A stretch of 64,000 nucleotides of DNA from Bacteroidota bacterium (lineage in GTDB: Bacteria > Bacteroidota > Bacteroidia > Bacteroidales > UBA10428). Within the stretch, counting starts at the first letter, position 1. The number at the start of each line of letters is the position of its first letter. The notes below the pieces were generated by a model. The model was given only the letters and a program-made list of their open reading frames with translations. It was not told the origin of the DNA and did not search any database. Shown piece after piece: positions 8,925-18,856 of the stretch. The position numbers were made by a program, and so were the translations under genes. The DNA is taken from the NCBI GenBank assembly GCA_003252385.1, contig QKEH01000042.1, positions 5,284 to 69,283 of the forward strand. The letters run 5' to 3'.

Positions 8925-9767
8925 ATGGCTTATAATTTATTAAAAGGAAAAAGAGGTATCATATTTGGTGCCCTAAACGACATGTCGATTGCCTGGAAAG
9001 TGGCTGAACTGGCGCACGAAGAAGGTGCTGAATTTGTACTGACCAACACCCCCATAGCCTTGCGTATGGGTACCCTCAGCGAGTTGGCTGCCAAATGCAA
9101 TGCGCAGATTATACCCAGCGATGCTACCAGTGTGGACGATCTGGAGAACCTGGTTATTAAATCCATGGAAATCCTGGGAGGCAAAATCGATTTCGTATTG
9201 CACTCCATTGGTATGTCGCCCAACGTTCGTAAAGGGCTGACCTACGACCGGTTGAATTACGACTTTTATCATAAAACGCTGGATATTTCGGCGATGTCGT
9301 TTCATAAAGTGTTGCACGTGTGCCGTAAACTGGATGCGATTAACGAATGGGGATCCGTAGTGGCTCTTTCCTACGTAGCTGCCCAACGTACCCTTTACGG
9401 ATACAACGATATGGCCGATGCCAAAGCTCTGCTGGAGTCCATTGCCCGCAGCTTTGGGTATATTTACGGACGCGACAAAAAAATCAGGGTGAATACCGTT
9501 TCGCAATCCCCCACGGTAACAACCGCAGGAAGCGGCGTGAAAGGGATCGACAGCCTCATTGACTTTTCGGAGCGCATGTCGCCTTTGGGTAATGCTACTG
9601 CCGAAGATTGTGCCAACTACTGCATCACACTGTTTTCCGATTTAACCCGGAAAGTAACCATGCAAAATCTTTTCCACGACGGAGGCTTCTCCAGCATGGG
9701 TATGAGCTGGAGGGCTATGCACCAGTACGATAAAAGCTTCCGCGACTGTGTGAACGATGGCGATTAA
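8925..9767 (+). CDS. fabI: Enoyl-[acyl-carrier-protein] reductase (NADH), FabI
   Basis: MAYNLLKGKRGIIFGALNDMSIAWKVA N-terminus, SDR-like fold with the catalytic Y...K region (SYVAAQRTLYGYNDMADAKA), and SPLGN. Confidence 0.9.
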   Translation: MAYNLLKGKRGIIFGALNDMSIAWKVAELAHEEGAEFVLTNTPIALRMGTLSELAAKCNAQIIPSDATSVDDLENLVIKSMEILGGKIDFVLHSIGMSPNVRKGLTYDRLNYDFYHKTLDISAMSFHKVLHVCRKLDAINEWGSVVALSYVAAQRTLYGYNDMADAKALLESIARSFGYIYGRDKKIRVNTVSQSPTVTTAGSGVKGIDSLIDFSERMSPLGNATAEDCANYCITLFSDLTRKVTMQNLFHDGGFSSMGMSWRAMHQYDKSFRDCVNDGD

Positions 9768-9817
9768 TCGCAATTCACGTTTTTGATTTCCGGAGGACTC
9801 CGGATACATACTACAAG

Positions 9818-9857
9818 CAGGGATGTTTACTTAAGGGTAACATCCCTGTTGTTTTTA
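9818..9857 (+). terminator. Rho-independent terminator after fabI (overlaps the 3' end of the convergent gene)
   Basis: cagggatgtt (9818-9827) pairs with aacatccctg (9839-9848), a 10-bp perfect stem, then TTGTTTTTA. Confidence 0.6.
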
Positions 9858-11386
9858 TAGAGGGTAATCGAGCCAAAGGCTACCACTTCTTCCAATGCCG
9901 GATGTTGTAGCGGACGATTACTTACAAAATAATCCACCTTGTAATGCCGGTTAAATTCGTCGAGATTTTGCAAGTTGTCCAGTTTGGATTTCCACTGTTG
10001 GCGTTGATCCCAATCGTATATTGCCCGATTTTTGGTTGGCGTAAACTTGTATACCACAAAACGCTCCCGGTTGGTTCTGCGATGAAAACTCCAGGGCTGT
10101 TCACTCTGATAGTACAGGAATACGTCGGTATTTTGGGTGTGTGTTGCAATGTATTGCATCATTTCCAGTTGATGCGTATCGGGTTGCGGGGCGTCCTTGT
10201 TTTTACCGGCAAATGTTTGTTGCCATTCCGAAACAAAGACCGCTAAAAACAGCACCAAAAACGAAAGGCTTATTACCTGCATCCAAACGTACTTTCTCTT
10301 CAGAAACAGCGGTGTATCCGGCCGGCTGAACTTTCGCAACAGCCAGGGAAAACCATGCCATTTCATCAGTAGTGCCAGTTCGATCATAATCAGCAACGAG
10401 GATAAACTGTTGGTGCGAAAAGGATAGGTTTTAAGCAGCGTGCCATTTCGATCGAATACAGAAAGGATCAGAAAGATAACCTGTTCGCCAAACAGAATCA
10501 GGTTAAGGGTATTGAGGGCTTGTATCGACTTTGGCTTAAAACGTTTGAAATAGAACAGGCACAACAGGAAGAAAAGAACAGAAACCAACACCCCGTCCAG
10601 ATGGTACTTGCTGAAATCGGCCCAGGTATTGGTAAGCCCTAAATGATGAGGCAAACGTTTGTAGGCGTAAATACGGCCAATGTTTACCCCATCGATTACC
10701 GACGGATTGCTGACCAAATACAGTTTACCCAGATAGATCAGGAAGGGCAGCGTAATCAGCAGATAAACCCCCAGCGTTTTTGCCAAAAAGCGTAAGGATT
10801 GTTTTTGGGCGATCAGGTATCCCATCAGAAGGAAAAACATCCAGCCTCCTACCAGGAAGTGGAAATAGGTGGCAACGGCTGCAAACAGGCTGCTTACGAG
10901 GTATCGCTCCCGGAACAGAGCCAGCAGACTGTAAAAAACAAAGATGTACGCCAGGGTTTTTTCTTCGTAATTCTGAAAAATCCACTCGCCGGCATAAAAC
11001 GACTGATGGGGTAAAAAGAACACCTGAAACAGTACGGCGCTCGCAAGATTGTTCAGGTGGAAATGGCGAAGAAGTTTCGCCAGGGGGATGCACAGCAGCA
11101 TAAAGTTGATGGCTCGCCCGTAAAAAGCCAGATTTTCGAAGGAAATATAACGCAGCAGGTATCCGTTAATCACCTGAAAAACCAAATTGCCACCGGCCGG
11201 ATGGCTCAGCGATACCGAGTTGGGTATCCAATCGGGGTTCATAAACTGGCGGGCAAATGCAAAATATTGTTCTTCGCCACCATACAGCACAAAACCGGCA
11301 TAATTGGCCATGCAAACTGCAAATAACAGCAACCACAGTGGGATACTGTTGAAGCCTTTAATGCTGTGTGTAATGGCTTTTTTCAT
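9827..11386 (-). CDS. Polytopic membrane protein, GT-C-like (ArnT/PMT-type glycosyltransferase architecture) with a C-terminal soluble domain
   Basis: About 12 hydrophobic segments follow MKKAITHSIKGFNSIPLWLLLF, then about 150 hydrophilic C-terminal residues. Start is set at ATG 11386 rather than the ORF-track 11488. Divergent from two GT2 genes. Confidence 0.5.
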   Translation of the reverse strand: MKKAITHSIKGFNSIPLWLLLFAVCMANYAGFVLYGGEEQYFAFARQFMNPDWIPNSVSLSHPAGGNLVFQVINGYLLRYISFENLAFYGRAINFMLLCIPLAKLLRHFHLNNLASAVLFQVFFLPHQSFYAGEWIFQNYEEKTLAYIFVFYSLLALFRERYLVSSLFAAVATYFHFLVGGWMFFLLMGYLIAQKQSLRFLAKTLGVYLLITLPFLIYLGKLYLVSNPSVIDGVNIGRIYAYKRLPHHLGLTNTWADFSKYHLDGVLVSVLFFLLCLFYFKRFKPKSIQALNTLNLILFGEQVIFLILSVFDRNGTLLKTYPFRTNSLSSLLIMIELALLMKWHGFPWLLRKFSRPDTPLFLKRKYVWMQVISLSFLVLFLAVFVSEWQQTFAGKNKDAPQPDTHQLEMMQYIATHTQNTDVFLYYQSEQPWSFHRRTNRERFVVYKFTPTKNRAIYDWDQRQQWKSKLDNLQNLDEFNRHYKVDYFVSNRPLQHPALEEVVAFGSITLYKNNRDVTLK

Positions 11387-11761
11387 AGATGGGTAATTCT
11401 TCGCAATCTTACATAAAATTACCGGAGCAGGCAAAAACTGACCGGCTAAAGGAGCAGGAAAACGGAATTTACTCCGCGGTTGCTTCACCGATGTCAGAAA
11501 AGTTCGCCTTCGAAATGGGAAGCTTCAATACGTGCTACTTTCTCGATACAAACTTTGGATTGGGCGTGTACTATCTTGAGATTGCAGGGTGTGCCATGAA
11601 ATTCCTTGTAACGAACCGTCAAGCGGGTCCCGTTCAATGACCTTCATTTAAGCAGTGCCGTTATTCATCAATATGTTGGAAGTTTTGGTTGAATTCTTCC
11701 GAAATAACAAGGTCAGAATTGTATATTCGCCATGTTATTCAATAGATTATTAGTAGCAACT

Positions 11762-12658
11762 ATGCATAAAACAGCCGTTCTGATACCCATTTTCAATGGG
11801 TGGCAATACACCCGGGAGTGTTTACAAACACTGGAATCGCAAATCTACGATCCGAGACTTAAAAACGAATACGTGGTGGTGGTTACCGACGACGGATCAA
11901 CCGATGGCAGCGCCGACGAGATTAAAGCACATTTCCCCAAGGTGGAATTGCAGTATGGCGATGGCAATTTGTGGTGGAGCGGAGGTATCAATGTAGGTGC
12001 TAAATATGCTATAGAATCGTTAGGATGCGATTATGTTCTGCTATGGAATAACGATGTGCTTTCGGCCCATGATTATTTCGTGGAACTGGATCGCATTATT
12101 GAAACCGAACCTCCCGGATCAGTAATTGGTTCCAAAGTGTATTTTACCGATCGACCGGAGCGGGTACAGGCTTATGGAGGTTATTTTAACCCGATTACCG
12201 GAGTGAAATATTCCTATGGCTACGATAAGGAAGATACCCGGGAGTATAACGAGGTTAAGCACTGTGAGTGGTTGCCCGGCATGGGAACATTAGTACATGC
12301 CGATGTGGTTACCCGCCTGAACTACTGGGATGCCACAAATTTCCCGCAATACCATGGCGATAGCGACTTTACCTATCGGGCCAAGAAGGCCGGTTTTGAG
12401 GTGAAGGTGGTGCCGCAGCTTAAACTGTGGAACAACACCGAAAACACAGGCATTAATTACCCCGATAGTTTCCGGTTAGCCTATAAGGCACTTTCGTCCA
12501 TTCGTTCCGATTACCATTTGGGAAAAGATATTAAGTTTTATCGCTTGCATGCCAAGTCGCCATTAAGTATCTATGGACTCGGAGTCAAATATTTCTGGCA
12601 CCTTTACGGTACCACCAAGCGCCGGTTAAAACGCATGTTGGGACAAAATAAAGCCTAG
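11762..12658 (+). CDS. Glycosyltransferase family 2
   Basis: VLIPIFNGWQYTRECLQTLE and VVVTDDGSTDGS (DxD-type GT-A signature). The ORF-track start at 11732 is also possible. Confidence 0.85.
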   Translation: MHKTAVLIPIFNGWQYTRECLQTLESQIYDPRLKNEYVVVVTDDGSTDGSADEIKAHFPKVELQYGDGNLWWSGGINVGAKYAIESLGCDYVLLWNNDVLSAHDYFVELDRIIETEPPGSVIGSKVYFTDRPERVQAYGGYFNPITGVKYSYGYDKEDTREYNEVKHCEWLPGMGTLVHADVVTRLNYWDATNFPQYHGDSDFTYRAKKAGFEVKVVPQLKLWNNTENTGINYPDSFRLAYKALSSIRSDYHLGKDIKFYRLHAKSPLSIYGLGVKYFWHLYGTTKRRLKRMLGQNKA

Positions 12659-12663
12659 AGGGT

Positions 12664-13575
12664 ATGAGGCAACTTTGCTTGTGTATATCAACCTATAACC
12701 GGCCTGAAGGCTTAACCAAACTTCTGGAGAGCGTTGTTGAACAGAAGGGTTTGGAACCGCACAACGTGACCATATGCATTGCCATAGCCGATAATCAGAC
12801 ACCTCCGGCTACGGAGGCTATTGCGGAGCATTTTCGGATTAATCACCAGCTGGAAATTCGCTGGCAGCATGAGGCAGTTCAGGGCATTACCTATGCTCGT
12901 AACACTACATTTCGTTTGGCTTCCGGGGCCGATATGTATCTGTTTGTGGACGATGATGAAATGCTGGATCCCTTTTGCATTGCTGAAATGCTTCGGGTGA
13001 AAGAGGAGTTTAATGCCGATATGGTTTACGGTAACGCACCCCCAGTATTCGAACAGGAATCGGTGGCTCCCTGGATAAAAGACTATTTCACCAAAGAACT
13101 TGTTGAAGACGGTCAGGAACTGGGCTACGCACCGACCAATTGCTTGCTCATAGACCATAGCGTGCTTCGGGGCATGGATGCACCCTTTGACCATGGTTTT
13201 GCCCATACCGGCGGCGAAGATACTTATCTTACACGAACCCTGGTGAAGCGGGGTGCAAAACTGGTTAAATCGGCTCATGCCAATGCTTATGATCTGGTTC
13301 CTCCAGAGCGCTGTACCGTTGCCTGGATATTGAAGCGTGTAAAGCGTGAGGCTGCTATTTACTCTTTAATCAGTCTGAAACTGAGCGATGGGCTACTTGT
13401 TTATTCACTGCGTTGGGCAAAATTAGGGATTAAGTTTTTACTCGGGGCGCTACTCACACTGCCCTATCTTCTTTTTACCCGTACCCATAAGCTAAAAGGG
13501 CTTATTCTGATATGGGATGCCATCGGTGGATTTTTGGGTTATTTTTCCTATAAATCGAAAGCGTATACCGGTTGA
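12664..13575 (+). CDS. Glycosyltransferase family 2 with C-terminal transmembrane segments
   Basis: ISTYNRPEGLTKLLESV, FVDDDE and GGEDTYL. The last ~70 aa contain two hydrophobic helices (GIKFLLGALLTLPYLLF, LILIWDAIGGFLGYF). Confidence 0.85.
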   Translation: MRQLCLCISTYNRPEGLTKLLESVVEQKGLEPHNVTICIAIADNQTPPATEAIAEHFRINHQLEIRWQHEAVQGITYARNTTFRLASGADMYLFVDDDEMLDPFCIAEMLRVKEEFNADMVYGNAPPVFEQESVAPWIKDYFTKELVEDGQELGYAPTNCLLIDHSVLRGMDAPFDHGFAHTGGEDTYLTRTLVKRGAKLVKSAHANAYDLVPPERCTVAWILKRVKREAAIYSLISLKLSDGLLVYSLRWAKLGIKFLLGALLTLPYLLFTRTHKLKGLILIWDAIGGFLGYFSYKSKAYTG

Positions 13576-13696
13576 GGCAATCCATAACCATGGACTGCAA
13601 GTCAAGGATGCTCCAGGATCAGACCTATACTGATGTTGTTCGAACAGAAATGTAGGTTACATTTTAGTGTTAACACCACCCGGCTTATCCATTACT

Positions 13697-13740
13697 AAAA
13701 AAACCGTCCGGTACCAGCGGGCGGTTAATTCTTATTTTCC
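13697..13740. terminator. Bidirectional hairpin terminator between convergent genes
   Basis: aaccgtccg (13702-13710) pairs with cgggcggtt (13718-13726), with one G-U pair. Flanked by an A-run upstream and a T-rich tract downstream. Confidence 0.5.
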
Positions 13741-13801
13741 ATATTGTTAGAGGAGTATATACTCCAACAGTTCACTTTCCCTGATGCGAGCCGAAACCTG
13801 T

Positions 13802-15031
13802 TTATCTCACCAACAGGCTTGCATTACCAATTACGGCAATATCGCCGGTTTCCTGATCTATAAGTTGTTGTACCTGGGTTTCGTCCACCCGGGTTACATT
13901 CAGGGTTTTGCAAAGCTCTTCATTCAGCGAGGTCATCATGCAAATGGTTATCCGGTTGGTTTTGGTCATCATGCTTAAAGCAGTGCCTCCATTGCCTTCG
14001 TAGTTTTTCTCCAGTATGGCGTAGGCCGCCTCAAAGCTGCCTTCTTCCAGGTATTTCAGAAAAAACTTGGAAGCAATACCATCGATACACTGGCACAGGA
14101 TAATGAGTTTGCCTCCATCTTTTACAAAGGCAGCAGCATGGTGAATGGATTTGTGGCCCTGAATGAAATTGATGTCTTTGGGATACCCTCCGCTGGAGGC
14201 CACTACCAGGTCGTATTGCTTGTCGAGTCCGGAGCGGTAGTAGCTGTCGTGTACTTTGCAGGCGGCTACAAAATCGCCATAGTTGTTGCCCACTAAAAGC
14301 CGGGCCACTTCTCCTTTGCTATTCAGGATTCCATGGATGGAAACTTTAGGTGGGAAATAGCTGTCGATCTCCTGAAGGTCTTCGGCCAGGGGATTGCCTT
14401 GCAGAACACCGGGCTGACAACCGGCTGCCAGGCTCTTGTTCTGTGTATCGAGAAAGAGCGAGTGGTTTTTATAAACGGATTGCCGGTCGGCCAGTCCTGG
14501 AAATAGGAGTTTACGACCCCCGCCATAGCCGGCGAAATAATGATGCGATATGGCACCAAAGGTTATAAGCAGGCTGCTTTCGATGGCATCGCGCCGGATT
14601 TTAACCGGGGTACCTCGTTGGGTGGTGCCCAATTGAACCAAGGCAGCTTCGTCGTAGCAATCGTGATGTACAAACCGGTATTTCAGAAAACTATCGCCAT
14701 AGGTCTGCATACTTTCTTCATCGCTTTGTTTCGGATGCGTACCGTAAGCTATGTAGATGCTGATGGTATCGGGGGTGGCACCGAAGGATTCAAGAACTTC
14801 CAACAACCAGGGCAGATAGAGCGGATAACCACACAAACGGGTTTTATCGGCCACCACAACGCCCACATTGGAGTAAGTGTTACCTCCGGCAGCAGGCAGG
14901 CAGGCTTTCAAATCCGTTTCGAACTGTTGTTTGGTAACGTTAAACTCCGGATCGCTAACTGTCAGTTCATTGCAGGTATCGGGGAGTGTAAACGTAAAAG
15001 TGGTTTTACCGTATTTCAGTGTTTTATTCAT
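13802..15031 (-). CDS. LarA-like protein (lactate racemase / DUF2088 family, nickel-pincer-nucleotide dependent 2-hydroxyacid racemase/epimerase family)
   Basis: N-terminal LarA-like domain and YIAYGTHP. SHHYFAGYGGGRKLLFPG matches the His...GGxK cofactor-tethering region as I recall it. Start is set at ATG 15031 (MNKTLKYGKT). Confidence 0.7.
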   Translation of the reverse strand: MNKTLKYGKTTFTFTLPDTCNELTVSDPEFNVTKQQFETDLKACLPAAGGNTYSNVGVVVADKTRLCGYPLYLPWLLEVLESFGATPDTISIYIAYGTHPKQSDEESMQTYGDSFLKYRFVHHDCYDEAALVQLGTTQRGTPVKIRRDAIESSLLITFGAISHHYFAGYGGGRKLLFPGLADRQSVYKNHSLFLDTQNKSLAAGCQPGVLQGNPLAEDLQEIDSYFPPKVSIHGILNSKGEVARLLVGNNYGDFVAACKVHDSYYRSGLDKQYDLVVASSGGYPKDINFIQGHKSIHHAAAFVKDGGKLIILCQCIDGIASKFFLKYLEEGSFEAAYAILEKNYEGNGGTALSMMTKTNRITICMMTSLNEELCKTLNVTRVDETQVQQLIDQETGDIAVIGNASLLVR

Positions 15032-15194
15032 CGACTTGCATTTTGTTAGTAAAGATACATTTATTGCATAACCCGACGATTGAAAACAATGAACATTATA
15101 AAGTAAATGCAACCGGCAGGAACTATTCACCAATGAGGATCAAACCCGGCCGGGGACTCCCGAAAAGTATTTTTTCGGGCTTAGGGACAAGGTG

Positions 15195-16244
15195 TTAAGG
15201 TTTTTTCTTTTTGTCCTTTGAAAAAGCACGCACAATGCCGCTGCGCTGAACCGCTTCCGATGCTTCGGTGATTTCTGTCAGTCCTTTATTCAGGTTCCTG
15301 AATGTTATTTTCAGGGTGTCGGCAAAGGCCGAGTCGGCAATAAACTGGTTAAGCGCATTGGACGGATCGTTCATCTTCTGGCTGATCTCGGAAAGGTTGT
15401 TTACGGCTTTTTCCAAATCCTGGCTCATGCGTATAAACCCTTTGGCTGAGGTGGTATCGGCAAAAAGTTGTCCCAAGCTGCCTTCGCCATTCTTGATCCG
15501 GCTCGAGAGTTTTTCGATATTGGAAGAAATGATGGCCACGTTGATGCTGGTTTCATCCAGTTTCTGGGCAAAAGTGGTATCCATAAGTATATGCCCTATC
15601 AGTCCTTCGCCGGCATTGATCTTTTCAGTGACCTCCTTAAGGTTCCTGCTGAGCGATTCGATGTTTTTCCCGGTTTGATCGATTTCCTGGGTGAGTTCCG
15701 AATCGGTAAACAGTTTTCCAAAGATGCCATCTCCCCGGTTGATTTTTCCGGTGATCTCGATGAGATTATTCGCTACTTCCGAAATTTTCTCGCCGGAGAT
15801 CTGAATTTCTTTAATAATATCGTCGAATTCTATGGATCGCTCCGAGGTTATTTCGTCGCCATCTTCAACGGCAGGACTGCCCGGGGTGCCGGGCAGAAGC
15901 ATTACAATTTTACTTCCCATAAGCCCCTCGGAACCTATAATGGTGCGCGAATCCTTTTTTATAAACGGAACCGCCCCTTTATCAATGGAGAGGACCACCA
16001 GAGCCGAAGTGTCGGTTAGGATTTTGATGTTGGAGACTGCCCCAACCTCAATACCGGTAAAGCGTACGTTATTCCCCACCCGGAGGCCTTGCACATTACT
16101 GAAAACGGTAGCTATTTTAATACTCTGCTGGAACATGTTTCGTTTGCGTCCCAGAATAAGTATGGCTCCAACCAGTAAGAGGAAAGAAATGAATATAAAT
16201 AATCCTACCCGAATTGAAATTTTTTTATCCTGTGTCATGCTCAT
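15195..16244 (-). CDS. MlaD-family (MCE domain) protein
   Basis: N-terminal TM, then an MCE domain (VGNNVRFTGIEVGAVSNI), then a long helical C-terminus. Last gene of an ABC permease-ATPase-MCE operon. Confidence 0.8.
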   Translation of the reverse strand: MSMTQDKKISIRVGLFIFISFLLLVGAILILGRKRNMFQQSIKIATVFSNVQGLRVGNNVRFTGIEVGAVSNIKILTDTSALVVLSIDKGAVPFIKKDSRTIIGSEGLMGSKIVMLLPGTPGSPAVEDGDEITSERSIEFDDIIKEIQISGEKISEVANNLIEITGKINRGDGIFGKLFTDSELTQEIDQTGKNIESLSRNLKEVTEKINAGEGLIGHILMDTTFAQKLDETSINVAIISSNIEKLSSRIKNGEGSLGQLFADTTSAKGFIRMSQDLEKAVNNLSEISQKMNDPSNALNQFIADSAFADTLKITFRNLNKGLTEITEASEAVQRSGIVRAFSKDKKKKP

Positions 16245-16249
16245 TTGCG

Positions 16250-17002
16250 TTAGTTGAAAAACCCCTTAATTATCGGATGATCAATTACTTTTAAGTCGTC
16301 GTACGAACCCCGGGCAATAATCTGTCCCTGGTCCATTATAATCATGCGGTCTGCCGTAATGCGCGCACTCTTCATGTCATGCGTCACAACGATGCCCGCC
16401 GTTTTATACTTTTCCTTAATGGAAACAATCAGTTCGCTGATACCCTCCGAAGTGAACGGATCCAGACCGGTGGTTGGTTCATCGTACAATAGGATCCGGG
16501 GTTTCAGAACAAGGGTTCGCGCTAGCCCAGCCCGCTTTCTCATTCCTCCCGACAGTTCCACCGGCATTTTGTATTTGGCATCCAGCAGGCCAACGCTTTC
16601 CAGTACCTCGTCCACCAGATCGTTTTTTTCTGCCCGACTGAGTTCCCGGGCTATCCTGTCCAGCGGAAACAGAATATTTTCTTCTACCGACATGGAGTCG
16701 TACAAGGCTCCTCCCTGAAACAGAAAGCCTATATCTTTTCGGATCACATTTAGTTCAAATTCATCAAGCTGACTGATGTCATTTCCCATAACGTTGATAT
16801 AGCCATCCACAAATTCCTCTAGGCCCACAATACATTTAATGAGCACGGATTTTCCCGTGCCGGATCGGCCAAGAATCACCAGGTTCTCATCCGAACTCAA
16901 ATCAAGATTGATATCCCTGAGCACTTCCTGACTGCCAAAGGACTTATATAATCCACGGATGCGGATCACAATTTGTTTATCGGTTGGTACTACAGGAGTC
17001 AT
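16250..17002 (-). CDS. ABC transporter ATP-binding protein (MlaF-like)
   Basis: Walker A GRSGTGKS, signature LSGGMRKR and Walker B LLYDEPTTGLD. Confidence 0.88.
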   Translation of the reverse strand: MTPVVPTDKQIVIRIRGLYKSFGSQEVLRDINLDLSSDENLVILGRSGTGKSVLIKCIVGLEEFVDGYINVMGNDISQLDEFELNVIRKDIGFLFQGGALYDSMSVEENILFPLDRIARELSRAEKNDLVDEVLESVGLLDAKYKMPVELSGGMRKRAGLARTLVLKPRILLYDEPTTGLDPFTSEGISELIVSIKEKYKTAGIVVTHDMKSARITADRMIIMDQGQIIARGSYDDLKVIDHPIIKGFFN

Positions 17003-17763
17003 TGGATAAGAATTTCAGTGATTTGCACAGCTATCAGGTCGATGATGAAAATGGACAGCGAGGACAGGATTACCGCTGAATTAGTAGCAATCCCCACCCC
17101 TTCGGCGCCCCGGTTGGTATTGTATCCGGTAAAACAACTCAGTATACCAATAAAGAACCCAAAGAAGAACGTTTTAATGGTAGCAGGTATCAGGTCGCTA
17201 AAGGCGAGTTCGTCGAATGCTTCGCGGATAAAAAGCACAATGCCAATGGTGTTGTGCATGGCATACCCTATGTAGGATCCGATCAGGGCCAGGAAATCGG
17301 CATAAAGAACCAGGGCAGGTAGCATAATGGTGGTGGCCAGTACACGGGTTGTTACCAGATATTTCATAGGATAAACCCCGGATACTTCCATGGCATCAAT
17401 TTGCTCGGTTATTCGCATCGAACTCAATTCGGCACCAATGCGCGAACCTACCCGGCCTGCAAAGAGCAGGGCGGTTATTACCGGGCCAATTTCGATAACT
17501 ATGGATATAAAAATCATGGTAGGCACCCACGACTCGGCACCAAACTCTTCCATAACCGGCCGGGTTTGAATGGTAAGCACCAACCCCATAATAAAGGCGG
17601 TAATGCTGATTAGTCCGAAGGATTTATAACCTACCAAAAACAGTTGACGCACAAATTCATTGTGTTCAAAGGGCCGGCGAAACATATACTTTACCGTTAA
17701 CACAGTAAATGCAAAAATATTGGCTAGTTGTATGAAAAAGTTCGACAGCTTTTTGGTTGCCAT
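16999..17763 (-). CDS. MlaE-family ABC transporter permease
   Basis: About 254 aa and polytopic. MlaE/YrbE-like motifs (ITEQIDAMEVSGV). A 4-nt ATGA overlap with the ATPase gene. Confidence 0.88.
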   Translation of the reverse strand: MATKKLSNFFIQLANIFAFTVLTVKYMFRRPFEHNEFVRQLFLVGYKSFGLISITAFIMGLVLTIQTRPVMEEFGAESWVPTMIFISIVIEIGPVITALLFAGRVGSRIGAELSSMRITEQIDAMEVSGVYPMKYLVTTRVLATTIMLPALVLYADFLALIGSYIGYAMHNTIGIVLFIREAFDELAFSDLIPATIKTFFFGFFIGILSCFTGYNTNRGAEGVGIATNSAVILSSLSIFIIDLIAVQITEILIQ

Positions 17764-18126
17764 TTTAAGGTTGTTTTTTACACAATTGGTACAGCAGTCT
17801 AAAATAGTAAGATAAAATTAACTGAACGTAAAATTTGCGTAAAAGCTCATTCGGTAAATGAAATGTTTTAGGCGGTGAGTGGCGCTATTTCTATCTTATG
17901 AACAGAAAGAAAGATTATCCTTTGGTTTCACATAGACCGTTTTGGTTTTTTCTCAAGGGGCTATTTTGGGAAAATCCAGTTCCGATGAGTTGCTTCGATC
18001 TGTAAATTTCACCCCATTAAAGCTTTTTTCGCCCCTGTAATGGAAATAATACCCCAACGAGGTGCTGTAAAAACCATATTTGTGCAAGTCTGGTTTTTCT
18101 GATGTTATTTTGAAGCAATTAATTCA

Positions 18127-18681
18127 ATGAGCATGAAAAGTAGTGCGCTTATAAAAAAAGAAAAGGTGGTACGTGCAACAATTTCTCCGGAAGAACTGCA
18201 AGTCAGACTGGAGGCTAAAGGTTTTTCTACCGTAGTGCTTCATAGCGACAAAGAGGTAAAAGACTTTATCAATGCCAATATCCCCGATGAGATGCAGGTT
18301 GGTCTGGGAGATTCTATAACCACCTGCAAACTCAATCTCCGGAACATTCTGTTCACGAAAGGAACTAAAATATTCTATTCCTGGAATGGTTCCGAAAACT
18401 ACAATCGGAGTATCGATACCTACGATGAACACATACGCCCCGATTATTACATTACGCGCATATCGGCCATTACCACCGATGGGCGTATTTTAATGCCCGA
18501 TTACGAAAAGGAAGCTACCGCGCGCAATGATTTTCCGGTGCACGTCTATGCTTTCGTTGGAATGAACCGTGTGGTTGACGAGTTTCAGACCGGTAAAAGC
18601 ATTGTGAAATACCCAATCATCGACCGGAAACCCGAAGGCAGTGAGTTCACTGTTGCACTATTGCCCTTCCTGGATTATTAA
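18127..18681 (+). CDS. LUD-domain protein (LutC/YkgG-like), solitary
   Basis: About 184 aa with a VGLGDSITT...ISAITTDGRIL pattern reminiscent of the lactate-utilisation LUD domain. No lutA or lutB is nearby. Confidence 0.5.
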   Translation: MSMKSSALIKKEKVVRATISPEELQVRLEAKGFSTVVLHSDKEVKDFINANIPDEMQVGLGDSITTCKLNLRNILFTKGTKIFYSWNGSENYNRSIDTYDEHIRPDYYITRISAITTDGRILMPDYEKEATARNDFPVHVYAFVGMNRVVDEFQTGKSIVKYPIIDRKPEGSEFTVALLPFLDY

Positions 18682-18702
18682 TTGATTCTTTCCATAATGA
18701 AG

Positions 18703-18737
18703 AAAAGCTCCAATACGAAAGTAAAGGAGCTTTTTTA
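18703..18737 (+). terminator. Rho-independent terminator after the LUD-domain gene
   Basis: aaaagctcc (18703-18711) pairs with ggagctttt (18726-18734), followed by a T-run. Confidence 0.6.
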
Positions 18738-18856
18738 TTAGGGACAGGTTAAGCATTTCAGGAATTGAGTTCTTAGGCTTGATTCTGGCAGTAGTATCGC
18801 GAAATGCTGGGGAAACTTTACAACGATAGCCTTCGGAGCTTATCGTGTAAGTTTAC

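Noticed and set aside
11389-11640. 83-aa plus-strand ORF in the divergent promoter region between the GT-C-like gene and the first GT2.
   Set aside because: It begins 3 nt from the start of the divergent membrane-protein gene, leaving no promoter space. Its composition is unremarkable and no family is recognised.
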